DNA of 64,000 nt from Octopus bimaculoides (Eukaryota), in NCBI RefSeq assembly GCF_001194135.2, contig NC_068992.1:37170884-37234883 (forward strand), in the 5' to 3' direction. The notes under the pieces are model-generated. The model made no database searches and was not told the origin of the DNA. It saw nothing but the letters and a program-made list of their open reading frames with translations. Positions 37,308-50,867 of the stretch are shown one piece after another; the stretch's first letter is position 1; every line of letters starts with the position of its first letter. The position numbers and the translations under genes are program-made.

Positions 37308-37751
37308 GGTGCAGGAGTGACTGTGTGGTAAGTAGCTTGCTTACCAACTACATGGTTCCGGATTCAATCCCACTGTGTAGCACCTTGGGCAAGTGTCTTC
37401 TACTATAGCCTCAGACTGACCAAAGCCTTGTGAGTGGATTTGGTAGACAGAAACTGAAAGAAGTACGTCATATATATATATATATAAATATATATACATA
37501 TATATACATATATGTATGTGTGTGTGTGTGTGTGTTTGTATGTTTATGAACCTGTGTTTGTCCCTCCAACATTACTTGACAACCGATGCTGGTGTGTTTA
37601 TGTCCCCATAACTTAGCAGTTCAGCAAAAGAGAATGATAGAATAAGTACTAGGCTTACAAAGAATAAGTCCTGGGGTCCATTTGCTCAACTAAAGGTGGT
37701 GCCTCAGCATGGCCACAGTCAAATGACTGAAACAAGTAAAAGAATAAAAGA
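37308..37751 (+). mobile_element. Same SINE family, inserted in the Gypsy 3' LTR
   Basis: Full head and tail; flanked by atgtata/atatata where the other LTR has a single atatata. Confidence 0.9.
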
Positions 37752-40700
37752 ATATATAACAAAGCAGGGTAACAACAATGTAACAATCCAAGAAACTCCC
37801 CATGAACTATTCACAAACCAACGAATGATATTCCAACAAACTACCAAACGACACCTATTCTCTCACATTCACTCGAACTGCTACTATTTATAGTTGCTCA
37901 GTCAAGTTTGTTCTTGCAGGGGGTTTCATGACTCTTGCCACAACATCTCATCTCCCCTTTTGAGATTTTGACTTCCGTAGGAAACAAAATTTATTTTATT
38001 ATTATTATTTTTGTTTTCTTTCTTTCCAGCATCTCTCCCTTTTTGAAATTTTGCCTCCTTATGGAGGTCAGTACGTTTTCTGCTTAGGAATTATTTCTAA
38101 ATGTTCAGTCTGTTTACATTTTCTGTCACTGCTTCTTCTAGGCTCAATCCCTTTCGGTGCTGGCATATTGAACATGTCATAAAACACTTCCATTGGAATT
38201 TCCTTCCTTTCTTCTGTATGTTTGGTTTTTAATTGAGTTAGGTGTCGTTTATATTCCCATCATTGGCCTTTTATTAAATACATCATATTTCCAATTCTAT
38301 TAGTCCTACACTATCTTGCCAGCTCTCTTTACCATTCTTATATACTTTGAAATAGACTTTGTTTCAGACATCAAAATGTTTAGTTGAATGTATTGTATTT
38401 TCTATACGTGTTTTTTTCTTTGGCAACAATTTGTTGAAGATTGATTTAATCTTTCGAGTGAATATTAGCTCTGCAGGCGACTTGCCTGAACTGCTTTTCG
38501 GATGGGATATTATTCTATACAACCTTAAGAATTTAGTTAGCGCTTCGTCATTTCCTAACTTGCTCCTTGCTTTTTCTTTTAGCGCCCGCTTGAGAGTATC
38601 TATGAATCATTCTGCTTGCCCATTTGACTTCAGGTGGTAGGGCTGGGTAAACATGTGCTTGATTGCATGCATTTTGCAGAATTCCTTGAATTCGTATCCT
38701 GTGAATTGTATTCCATTGTCCAAAAGGTTTATGCAGAAACTTTATTGTTGCCTTCAAGGTTGGTTGGCTGCAACTACATACTTCCAGCCACTTTGTAAAG
38801 CTATCAACAATGATCCAGTAATAAGCACCATTCATTGGTCCAGTGTAGTCTATATGTACCCTGGACTATCCACCTCAGGCCATGATTGGTATTTAACCAG
38901 TGGCGCCTTGGCTGCTAACGCACAGCTCTACATGATTTTACCAAATTCTCAATGTCCCAGTCCATTGTCAGCCAATACACATAACTCCTAATCAAAGCTT
39001 TTATTCTTGACATCCCTTGGTTTCCATGATGAAATTAATGGAATATTCATTTCTGTAGTGCAGTTGGTACTACCACTCTTTGTGCAGACATTAATACTTC
39101 ATCACAAAGTGAAAAATGGTTCGCATTCATGTTTCTTCTTTGTTTAATTTTCAAGGTTTCCTTCTTTTTTATGTGTTTATCCTCCGCCGATTTACTTTTT
39201 ATATTTTGTACAGTCACTGGCAACTCCTGAATGACATTACACATGACGTTTTTAATTTCCTTTTCTGATTATAATACAGCTATCACTGTATCTTCCAGTG
39301 GTTCCACATTCTTTGGAATTAGCCTAGATAAACAATCCACATGGCCAATTTTCTTGGAAGAAATGTATTCCCTCTTAAAGTTGTAGTATTGTACCCCAGC
39401 ATTGTAATCTGTTAGCTATATGGGTAGGAATTCCTTTCTTCTATCCGAAAATTGATAGTAACGGTCGGAATCTTCTTCCATGGAGAAATCTGTGAAATTT
39501 CTTCATGGCAAAAATAATCACTTGAGCTTCTTTCTCTATCTGGCTGTAATATTTTTCTGCTGCAATCAGGGCATGTGAGGCATGAATAACCACCTTCATA
39601 TTACCGTCTTTATATTTGTGTAGCAAAACTGCTCCTACACTGTATTCAGAAGTGTTGGAAGCTACAACAATTTCAGTGGCAAGATCGAAATGAGCCAGCG
39701 ACAAATCTGAAATTAATATTTTTTTTAATATCCTGAAATGCTTTTTGACAGTTATCTGACCAATTCCATTTGGCGACTTTCTTCAGCAAATTATTAAGTA
39801 AAGCTCTCAGTTCATATACATTCGGTATGTAATTTTGATAATAGTTTACCAGGCCAAGAAAAGCTTATAATGTCACTATGTTAGTTGGGGGAGGCATATT
39901 GTTAATTGTGTCTGCTCTCAACGGGTTAAGTCGTCTTCCATTTTTATCTATAATTTGTTCTAAATATTTAATTTTAGGCAAAAAGAATTCACATTTCTCC
40001 TCACTGAGTGCGAAACCATAATCTCTAATTTTTTTGAAAAACACACGTCACATGTTTGATATGCTGATCACAAGATTCACTTTTAATTAATACATCATCA
40101 AGGTATAGAATTGCAAATTGACAGCCTGCCAACATTGCATCCATAACCTGTTGAAATATTGCAGGTGCAACCTTCAGACCAAATGGCAATCTATTATATT
40201 TATATATTCCACTGTTAGAAGCTTTGAGCATTTCTCATCTACTTTGCAAAATATCCTCTGGAGTAGTGGCACATATTTAGACAGTCATTCAAACCAGTAG
40301 AAAAATCACACACACCCTGATTTTTTTTTTTTTTTTAATACATGCAGTTGGTGCTGCCCACTTAGAGTAATATACTTTTTGAATAACTCCCAATATCTCC
40401 AGTCTGTCTAATTCTTCCTCTACCTGTTTTATCGTAGCAAATGGTACCTTTCTATTAGGTGTGAATACAGTTATGACATTTTCCTTTATTTGAAAATAGC
40501 CCTCAGTCTTAGAACAGGGACTGGATTTATCCAACAGCACTTCAGTAAACATGTTTTTTAATTTTTTTTTCAATTCATCAGCTGAGATATTTTCACTGGT
40601 GGGACATCTACTTATTTTGTTACAGAACAGACTTATGGAGAGGTCCCTTAAGTCAAACAATTCCAACCAGTCCATACCGAACAGATTGGTTGCGTTTTTT

Positions 40701-41616
40701 ACCACGAAAACTTTTGCTCCACAGATTTTTCCCTGAAATGTGATATCACTCCACATTTCACCCTTGAAGTGTAGGTTTTCACCTGTCACACCTCATGCAA
40801 TTTTTGATGTTTTTCTTAACATAGGCTTCCCAATTCTTATCAACGTTCCAGTATTAATAATTGAGATGTCACTGCCAATATTTAATTGTAATTTAATAGT
40901 CACTTCATTTACTTTTACATGTACAAATTTCCTCTTTTTGGTGTTGTTTCTACTTTCCATTGAGAAAACTTTTGAATTTTTTATGTTTTACCTTCCTAAC
41001 TTTGCTCTGCAATGTGAGCTCTTGTGAGCTCTTTTTGACAACTATAACATTTTTGTGCTTTGAAAGGATAATTCTTCCTGAAATGTAGGGCTCCACATCT
41101 GTAGCATAGGTTTGGTCTGAACATTTTCTTTTGTTTATACCTTTCCCGTGAACATGATTGTACTTGTGAGAACTCCTTCTCTTCAATATTCTTTACGTCC
41201 TGACATAAGTTTACTATTCTTTGATACTCCTCAGCAACTGTCTGCAGGGTTAAACTTTGATCCACTTGTTCAAGTTTTGTGAGAATTTTTGCATGTATCT
41301 TCACATCTTTGTTTACTGTAAGCCCTTGTGCAAAAATGAGGCACTTAAACACATCAGGAGTTAGTTCTTTCCATTTAAACCTTTCACACATTTGGTTTAG
41401 TTTTGGCACATATGACAAAGTCTTCATCCTCTCTTTTAACTAAATTTCAACATTCCCAGCTAGTGTTAAATAGGAAACTCTTATCACTGAATATTTTTGA
41501 TGGTAGTTTGACTGTTTCCTGGAAACAATTTCACTAGTTTTCACTATAATAATAGTCTTACATTTTCTATCCATAACTTACAATCTTTCCTGAAGATTTC
41601 TTCATACCTTCTAAAG

Positions 41617-43960
41617 TAGGTGTCGGCAACCTGCAGCTCACAAGCCAAAAGCGACCCGCGAGCTCTTCCCATGCAGCCCACAGCTCCTTGTCCAGATTTC
41701 TTTTATGTGCAGCCCACAAGACATTTCCTGCGACCCAGTGGGGCTTTTTTAACTGATAGCAAATTTAACAGAGTCAATCAACGGCTTCTCCCCAGCCAGA
41801 ACAGCATCCTACTTTCATGATACTGACACTGAATAAATATAACTTTGGAGAAAATTCTGATAGAGTTAGAGAGAAAGAGGAAATCATCCTTTTGTCCAAT
41901 ACTGTAGTATAGTATCACTGTACGATAAGTTATTTTTCATTTCTACTCCAATTGACTTGGTTATAAATATTTTTTCTGTGATATTTCAGATGGCTGAAGG
42001 TGTCCAACCTGTGAAGAAGAGGAAGCTGTTGGATAAGAACCACTCCTTCAAGAAAGAATGGGAAGCATTCTTCCCTGTCGAGCGCAAGAGAAAGGCTTTG
42101 TGTGTCATCTGTCACGAGACCGTCATGCAATGTGAAGCATCACTTCACTTCAGTGCACCCCAAGCAAGCTGTGTTGCCTGAGAACAAGAAAAAGCCAGAG
42201 TTTGGGTGTCTGAGTGCCCAGCTGGAGAAGCAATGTGCCTTCATGAAGAGGATCATCTCATCGGTGGAAGCAGCTGCTGAGAGCAACACTCACGCCAGCT
42301 ACCATGTTGCACACCTTGTGGCCACCAACCTCAAGCCATTTACCGATGGCAAATTCATCAAGGTGTGCATGATGGCTGTGGTTAAGAACCTGTGTCCTGA
42401 CAAGACAAGTGAGCTTGAGGCCATCGGCCTGTCTGCCAGGACCTTGACCCGCCACATAGAGGAGATGGCAACTGATGTCCGGGGCACCCAGAAGGACATG
42501 TGTCAGTCTGCTTACTTCTTCTCTATCACCTTGGATGAGTCGACTGACATCAAGGACATAGCTCAGTTTGCCATCTTCTTCCACGGCAGCAGGGATGACT
42601 TCGTCAACTTCGAGGAGTTCATATGACTTATCCTCCTCAGTGGTACCACCACTAGCACCGACGTGTGCAAGGCAGTCACAGACTGGCTAAAGGAGGTTGA
42701 CCTGGACCTCTGTCACATGTGCAGCATGACAACTGATGGGGCGCTCGCCATGGTCGGGGAAAAGAAGGGCTTTGTGGCACTTCTTGTGCCTGCACAGCTT
42801 CGGACACCAGCAGGACGTGAAGCGCTTTCATTGTCTGGTGCACCAGGAGGCTCTGTGCACCAAGGTGGTAACCATTACGGAGGTCATGACTGTTGTTGTC
42901 AGGGCTGTGAACTTAGTTTGCACCCGTGCTCTCAACCACAGACAGTTCCGTGCTCTCTTGAATGATGCTGAGTCAGAGTTCAGCAACCTGATCTACTTCT
43001 GCGAGGCCTGTTGGCTCAGCTGAGGAAAGATGTTGAAGAGAGTCTTCAACTTGAGGGATGAGCTGGCATCTTTCCTGCGAGAGAAGGGCAATCCTGTCCC
43101 TCAGTTTGAGGATCCTGCATGGGTATGTGACCATGGGTTCCTGGTGGACATTACTGGACATCTAAATGAGCTGAACATCTAGCTGCAGGGTAAAAAACGT
43201 CCTGGTACCTGGCCTCCTTGGCCACGTGAAAGCATTCAAATGCAAACTTCGCCTGTGGGAGCACCAGTTCAACCAGAGGAAATTTACTCACTTCTCCCGC
43301 TTGGCTGAGCTGCGCCCAACCCCCGCTGCCTGCTGTTGCTACGCTGCTGCCCTGTCTGAGCTGCGAGGTGAGTTCGAGAGGCACTCCAAAGATGTGCATA
43401 CCTGTGAGAAAGAGCTCAAGCTATTCTCCACTCCCTTTGATGTGGATTCTGTGAAAGTGGCCAATGACCTTCAGCTAGAACTCATTGAACTCCAGTGCTC
43501 AGAGAGCCACCGTGCAAAGTTTGTGCATGTGTCGCCATGGAGTTCTGGCACTTGCTCTCAGCCTTCCATGCTTTCCTGGCTTTTGTTCAGGAAGCCCTGT
43601 GCTTAGCTTCATTGTTTGGGTCCACATACTCTTGTGAGCAGCTGTTCAGCTGCATGAAGCTGATGAAGAACAAGACGAGAGCACAGCTTACAGGCGCTCA
43701 TCTTCAAGATGTTCTCTTCTTGGCCTCCTCATCCATCAAGCTGGACATTGATTCTCTATCTATTTCAAAGAATCACCAGCCTTCACATTAATTGTTTCAC
43801 ATTGTGATTACTGCAAGTCTTAATAAAGGTTCAATTTACATTTATTATCATTGATTTTCTGTGTCTGTAATTTTTTTCGGGTTGGGAGGAGGGTACAGCC
43901 TGCGAGGTGGCCTAGACGTAGCCCAGTGGCCAGTGGCCTGGTTTAGGTTGCTGATGCTTC
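41617..43960 (+). mobile_element. hAT transposon (Charlie/SPIN, GTF2IRD2-like transposase), full-length, disrupted
   Basis: 16-bp imperfect TIRs, perfect 8-bp TSD TTCTAAAG (41609-41616 and 43961-43968); transposase 41990-43791 with BED-type CVIC, SITLDESTD, MTTDGA and FGSTYSCEQLFS motifs; several frameshifts. Confidence 0.95.
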
Positions 43961-44548
43961 TTCTAAAGTAAGCTGCAAACATTATATCCTCCTTTGAGTC
44001 ATAACTGAATTCTGTTATAGAATTTGATACACCATCTGGCAAAAATGAACTGATAGTGTTTCTAGACTTGTTAAGACAGAACTCCATTAACTGGTGTTGT
44101 TTTCCTTGTTGCTGAAGTAGTTGTTCCTGCAACTCTTGTTGCTATTCTTGTAGCTGTTTTTGCAACTGTGTTACAGAAGCTAATAGGTCTTCCATCATTA
44201 ACAACTTTGTATCACAAAAATTTGTTAACTAACCTGCACGAGCTTCAAATCCTCATCGCCAATTATTGTAGTATCGCCAATTGTTATGACAGTACCTTTT
44301 TACACTATAACCATGTAGTAGCAATAAACATATATAACAAAGCAGGGTAACAACAACGTAACAATCCAACAAGCTCTCCATGAACTAAACACAAACCAAC
44401 AAATGATATTCCAACAAACTACCAAAATGACACCTTACAACTTCCTGCGATTAATGCCTACTCTCTCACTCCGACTCAGACTGCTACTATTTACAGTCAT
44501 TCGGTCAAGTTTATTCTCACAGGGGGTGTCATGACTCTCGCCACAATA

Positions 44549-47500
44549 TTTGTACTCTCTTATATATGCACACTGAAATTGCATATCCAGCAGAGCATGT
44601 TAGCTTCATTTCTTTCTTGTCTTCACATGTCCTCTACATTTACAGCTCAAGTTTCACAACCATGTAACATTTTTGTTCATACACAAACATCATACAATCT
44701 TCCTTTCACTCTGAGAGATAGGCCTTTCACTCTGAGAGATAAGACTTTTGTTACCAACACATGTAATAGCTCTCTGAACTTCCTCTAGCCAGTTATTGTT
44801 CTAGTAACTATACATTCAGAGTATCCCCATCCACTGCTAATTAGGGGTCTTAATTAAGTAACAGAAAATATCTATTACAAAGTAGATACTTTGCACCTGG
44901 TTATTCACAAAAATCTATTTTCCATTTGTTCTTAGCATTATTACTCCTATATATCTGCCACAAACTAAGTTTTAATTACAGTTAATCTGCCTATGATTCT
45001 ACTGCACCCCCTATGTACTCTTAGTCTGCACTGAGTACACTCTATGAAAGTTCAACCAACACTTTTGTGAACAGGACCATTTACCTGAAGGGATTAGGCT
45101 CTTTGATTTCAGGCTTTGATTCCACACCTAGAATATTTCTGTTCTAATTCTACTGCAGTTCAAGCTACATGAACAAAATCATCAGCATGGAAGAATTTCC
45201 AAGGACAAACAATCTTAAATTGCTCTGTTATGAGCCAGAGGATGATGATAAATAGAAGAGAACTGGTAACCAAGCCCTGCACATGAAATTCATTGCTGTA
45301 CTCATTGTTAATTCTCACCTTACTAACAGCATCTCCATACATAGATTGAACAGTTCTCATAAACTGTTCATTTACTCCAAGCTTCTGTGAGATCAGAGAG
45401 TGGGAGAGCCTGTCAAAGGCTTTCTTTAGCTCAACAAATACCAACTACAGCAGTTCACTTTTGGCTAAATACTTCTCCTGCATCCTGAAGTTGCCTTTAT
45501 TAGAAAAGGCGCATCAGTCATATTTCTCCCCAGTACAAAACCAAACAGCATCTCATCTAGGCTAATTCACTTCCTAATTAATTGAGCTATAATTCTTTCT
45601 GTAACTTTTATGATCTGGTCCAGCTATTTGATACCTCTGTAATTACTTCTCTATAAGACATCTCCTTTACCTTTGATTAAATGCTTCTATACCAATCATT
45701 GAGTGTGATACCTTCCTGTACAACCTGATTAACTATATGGGTGACTAAGTTGTATCCCATTCTGCTTAATATTCTAAGCATCTCAGCAGCAACTCCTAAT
45801 ATGAGGGTGGGCTGAAAAGTTCACAAGCTATGAAGGAGTGATGCTAGAGTTGTGAAATCTTGCATGCATTAATTTTAGCTCCTCTTATTAATAACTGCAT
45901 TGTTTCTTTCCAGCTAAACTGATATCTGAGTGTTCAAAGAAGACTTCATTAATGAGCAACAACAACTTCTCTTAAGAACAGACAAAATTTGGCATCATTG
46001 TGTTGTCAAATACCTGCAGCAAAAGGGTTTATCCCCCCAATGACATTCATGCTGACATGTTTACTACATTAAGAGATGACACTCCAGTTTTATCAACAGT
46101 GCAAAAGCAGGTATCTGAATTTAGGAGGGGAAGAGAGAGGTTAGAAGATGACCCAAGGTCTGGAAGTCCTGCAATTGCTAGCACAGAGGAAAACATTGAT
46201 TGTGTTCACCACATGATGATAGATGACAGGCAACTGGCTACAAATCAAATAGCTAATGCCATAAGCACATCCTCTGAAACAGTTGAGAATATTCTACCCA
46301 ACGAACTTGGCATGATGAAGGTTTCTGCTCAGTGGGTGCCACATTTGATAATTGATCAAAAGCACATCAGATTGATAACGTCATGGGAAAATCTAACATT
46401 GTTTCAGAACACTCCTAACACAGTATGATTGTCAAATTCATCACTTTGAACCAGAGACAAAGAGACAATCCATTCAGTGGAAGCACCCCTCTTCACCAAA
46501 GAAGGCCATAGTCATTTATTTTCAGAGGTGATGACTTCAGTTTTTTGGGGTGAAAAGGCACTGTGTTTATTGACTATCTTCAAACAAGTCACACTATCAA
46601 TGGAGAGTACTATACCAACATGCTATGGCAGTTATGAAAAGCTGTCAAGACTAAATACCCAGAAAAATTGATGAAAGGGGTCTTGTTTCATCAGGACAAT
46701 GTGCCAGCATATAAGTCCTTGCTTTTGATGGCTGCTGTGCATGATTGTAGCTTTGAACTGATTGACCAGCTTCCTTATTCTCCTGATTTAGCCCCATCTG
46801 ACTATCGTGTCTTCCCCAACATGAAAAAGCACTTGGCTGGGATCGAGTACCACAGTGATGGTGATATCATATTTGCTGTTGATGACTTTTTTGACGAACA
46901 GGATAAAAGGTTCCTCACCAATCTTCACCAATGGGATCCAACCACTGCAACACTGATGGAAGAAGTGTGTGGACAGCAAGGGAGACTATGCTAAAACATA
47001 ATCTTCATTTGGCCACTTTCCATGAGAGTATCTTGATCAGCATGTGAACTTTTCAGCTGACCTTCATAGAACAAAGATTTTCCCTGTCCTCATATACTTA
47101 ATTGCATTGTCTAACATACTACAATGGCTGTTTCTTCCACTGGGTTCACATTTGGAAGACTCTCTTTCTTCCATTCTTCCTCCACCTTTCATAGGTTTCT
47201 GTAACAGCAATTCCATACCTCTTACTTTTCAGAATCACTAATTGCATGTGTACCACTGTCTCTCCATACATGCTTTACTTCCACAACATCTTGATTTTCT
47301 TATACTTTGCTTTGCTATTTGGAACACCTCATGCCAATGATCCTAAAGCTGTAGAAAATTGAGAAACCTCTTCCTTTCCTCTTCGGTTTTCATTAAACAG
47401 ATCTGTCTCTTAACTTCTCTTCTAGTGATCTGGTATAGTTCTCTGCTGCTGTCATTCTTCCAAAACTATCAAACCTGCCTCTTTACTTTCATGGCTCTGT

Positions 47501-48460
47501 CTACATAGTTGTTCCACCACCATGTCACCCTTGATCTCGATGGAACTTTGCAACAACCACAAATCTGGTTTGTAGTCCTCAGTTGTCCCATAAGAACTTC
47601 TAGTTATCCTCTGTGTTATATGTCTATCTCCACCTCCTTGTCAGATGCTTCAGTTAGAACATCTCTGAATTTCTGACTCAGCAACAGATCTTTAAGCTTC
47701 TATGCCTTCCTTTTCCAGATTTGTATCTCAATCTGGATCATGTGCCCACTAGGTTGATAGGGGATCACGTGGTTGGCTGGCTGGCTGGTTTTCTGAAGTT
47801 AGTGCTGCAGCAGCCCTATTACCAAATCTGTAACCTTCACATACACAATGGAAACCAATATTGGAGTACTGCCCACCATATCCATCAAAGTCACCAGCCA
47901 CACGTTTAAGGTCATATTGTCAGTTGTCATAGAGGTAATCTGTAATCTGCAAAAGGTCCTCATAGAAATGTTCCTTCAGTTCATCTGCTTGTCCAGCTTA
48001 TGAAGCATATGCAGGGATAAATGTTACTGTATAATCTAACACTTGTCTTAGCTTAACAATCCTATCATACACTCTGACTACCTCAATCACCAAATATGTT
48101 CATTTCTCTGTTGAGGTATGCCTATACCAATACTGCTATCACTGCTACCTATCCAGAAAAGTTTGTACCTTTGTTCCTTGGCTATGGAGAGCCTTGTAGA
48201 GGCTTATCTCCATCTTACTTCTTGTACACAGAACACATCTACCTAATTCCACTCAAGCATTTCAACAATCTTACTGGATATACTTTTCATAGTGTCAAGA
48301 CTGATCATAGCAGCACTCAGAAGAGTAGTGGGTGTAGCTGAGGTATTGCTTTCAATTTCTGAAAAGAAGAGTGGGGAGATGCTAGTTGGGGTTATGTTTT
48401 CAGCTTCCGAAAAGGAGAATTTTGTGAATGCCTGCCTGCAGGCAGTTAGTCTTTGCACTT
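44549..48460 (-). mobile_element. RTE-clade LINE (APE endonuclease + RT), old, split by mariner; 3' part continues at ~36960-37209
   Basis: IVEMLE..VDVFCVQEVRW, KLFWIG, FIPAYA and VAGDF endonuclease motifs; VELKKAFDRL and FHADDF RT motifs; sequence on both sides of the Gypsy aligns contiguously to the RTE copy at ~49830-49890. Confidence 0.8.
45802..47066 (+). mobile_element. Mariner DNA transposon (same family as 11404-12618) nested in an RTE LINE
   Basis: TIRs tgagggtgggctgaaaagttcac / gtgaacttttcagctgaccttca, TA duplication; WVPHL, FHQDNVPAY and YSPDLAPSDY motifs. Confidence 0.93.
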
Positions 48461-48930
48461 ATCCAGTGAAATAAGTTGGGTTTTTTTTAATGAAGTACAA
48501 TAGTAGTATTAACATCAAAACAAATAACTAATAATGACAAAAAAAAATCTAGCAACTAAAGTAAATTTAATGCAATGCTATTACCAGTTCAAGTGTTTGA
48601 ACTTGTAAAAAAGCCATTCACTGTTTTGTCATGAAGAAAATTTCTTGCTGTAGACAAATTGTGTGAATACACCTAAATCAGTTTGCAGCACCACTTATCC
48701 AACACTTCAGAGTGGTTATCTCCTTTTCAGTCACAGAAATCAGATGGTGGTGCTGTGAGCTGATAAGAGAGACAATCTCTCTTACATTATTCCAGTCAAC
48801 ATACGTTGGCTGGTCACAGTGAATGGTTTCTTGACAAATTCAAACATGCCACTGGCATATTTGAACTGGTAATAATATTGCATTTATACACATCACTGCT
48901 TAGTGCTCCCATCCAGTAATTACGATGAGA

Positions 48931-48968
<38 letters not shown>

Positions 48969-49689
48969 GAGCAAGTGAAAGAAGGTAAGTGTAAGAGACC
49001 AGGAGAGAGATGGTAATGAAGTGCCAAGGCATGCTCACAAGAAACAAGGATCAGAATATAAATGGATGGCAGAGAAGAGAAAAGGAAAGTGGTGGCAAAG
49101 TGGAAGGGTATACCCTCAAGATATGGGGTTAGAATATAAATGGTATGGTATTGCCAAGGTGCATGAGTAGGGAGTAGAGACTTCACATGAATGCAAAGAG
49201 TGTGGGGTTGGGTATGCAGTGACTGGTAAAACCTAGGTAAATAGAGGGGGTGGAGGACAACAGGATAGTAATGATACAGTGAGCAGGGCAGTGAGGACAG
49301 GAATGGAGAGCAAGAGGTAAATGGGAAGGTAGAGAAAAGCAAGTGAGAGATAAGTGGTAGCAAAGTGAAAGGGCATACCTTCAAGATATGGGGTCGGAAT
49401 ATAGATGGTAGGGTATTGCCAAGGTGCATGAGTAGGAAGTAGAGACGTCACATGAATGCAAAGAGGTAAGCACAAGTATAGTGCATGACAAGAGGAAATG
49501 TGAGGAAAAGGAGGGATGTAGTTTGGTTTGTTGGGGTACAGTGTGGAAAAAGTCTTATTGTTACATGTGAGTGGAAGCCATAGTGCTTCTAGAACTCAGT
49601 TTTGCTGAAGTGGGCAGATCTTCTCAAGAACCTCATACTGCCAGATATCTTGATCCATTGACATCTCTGTGAGACCCAACAACCAGAGA

Positions 49690-50450
49690 TTGGTCCTCAC
49701 CACATCATCCCATGTCTTCTTTGGTCTCCACTCTCAGTGATCATCACTTCTTTACACAGTTGTCTTCATTCATACGCATCACATATAGTCTTCTTTCTTG
49801 CATGTTGCATCTGATTCTTCTTATACCCAACTTTTCTCTCAACACACCTGTATTTTGTTGTACATGCACCCTGATGTTGCACATCCTACAAAGCATACTA
49901 CTTTAATTCCTCTCTAGTCTATTCATGTTTTCTGCATTCAGAGCCCAGGTTTCACTACCAAGGAGTATAGCCGTTTGTACACAAGCATCATACAATCTAC
50001 CTTTCACTCTGAGAGAGTCCTTTTGTTGCCAATAGGGTTAAAAGCTCTCTGAACTTCCTCCATCCTATTTTTATTCTAGAAACAATACTTTCAGAACATC
50101 CTCCACCATTACTAATTTGGTCACCTAGGTAACAGAAATTATCCACAACCTCAAGAGAGACTTCTGGGGTATTTGAGAGAGTCTAATTCCCTTGTCCTTA
50201 GTGCTTATTGTTCCTTCACAAATGTCACATACAAAGACAACTTTATCAGCTAATCTACCTGTAATTAAACTACATCTCTTATGTGCCCATAGTTTACATA
50301 AGGTGAAGTGAATAGAATTACTTCCAACTCCTTTTCTACATATTGAACAAAGCCATTTCCATAACAACAAGAAAGTCTTATCTGCTTTCTTGCTAACAAC
50401 AACTTTTATCTTTGCTAGGTTAACTTTAAGGCCCTTTGATTCCAGGTTTA
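49690..50450 (-). mobile_element. RTE LINE 3' RT fragment
   Basis: CSICRKGVGSNSIHFTLCKLWAHKRCS and LLGSETW motifs. Confidence 0.8.
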
Positions 50451-50469
50451 TAATAAGTTTAAATAATTA

Positions 50470-50867
50470 TGTAATAGAGACCTTAAAAACTGCCCATTAG
50501 ATAACCAGTGCAATAGGAAAAACCTAGTTTATAGATGCTCAGTGGCTACAGGAGAACTTATTCATTATTACATAGATGTTTGTGCAACCAGCTTTAAATC
50601 TCAATTATATAACCTTCATTTAGACATAGGAATAAGGAAAGCTGGACCACCTTAAGTAAGTTTATTTGGGAACTAAAAGATAGCAACATGAAATATGATA
50701 TCAAACAGTCAATATTGAACAATGCTCTATGTCTCAAAGAATCATTGTTTATCCTTACGTCAGAGTCTAATATTTTGAACATGAGAAATTAACTTATGTC
50801 AAGATATAATCATTTATTTAACAAAACTTTTAAATCATTCCCTAGAAAAGAGATCAGAAGAACACCT
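50470..50867 (+). mobile_element. Penelope-like GIY-YIG remnant, interrupted at its 3' end by the CsRn1-type Gypsy
   Basis: NCPLDNQCNRKNLVYRCSV...HYYID...TTLSKFIWELKDSNMKYDIK. Confidence 0.75.

Larger units (their letters stand above)
37210..44548 (-). mobile_element. Ty3/Gypsy LTR retrotransposon with nested hAT and SINE
   Basis: LTRs 44282-44548 and 37253-37945 (SINE inside); PBS TGGCGATGAGGAT at 44249-44261; PPT AAAAGGGGAGATGAGA next to 37945; gag (AAYFRRYEEIF, CYRCGALH), protease, RT YLDD, RNase H and integrase fragments. Left boundary uncertain by ~45 bp. Confidence 0.9.
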
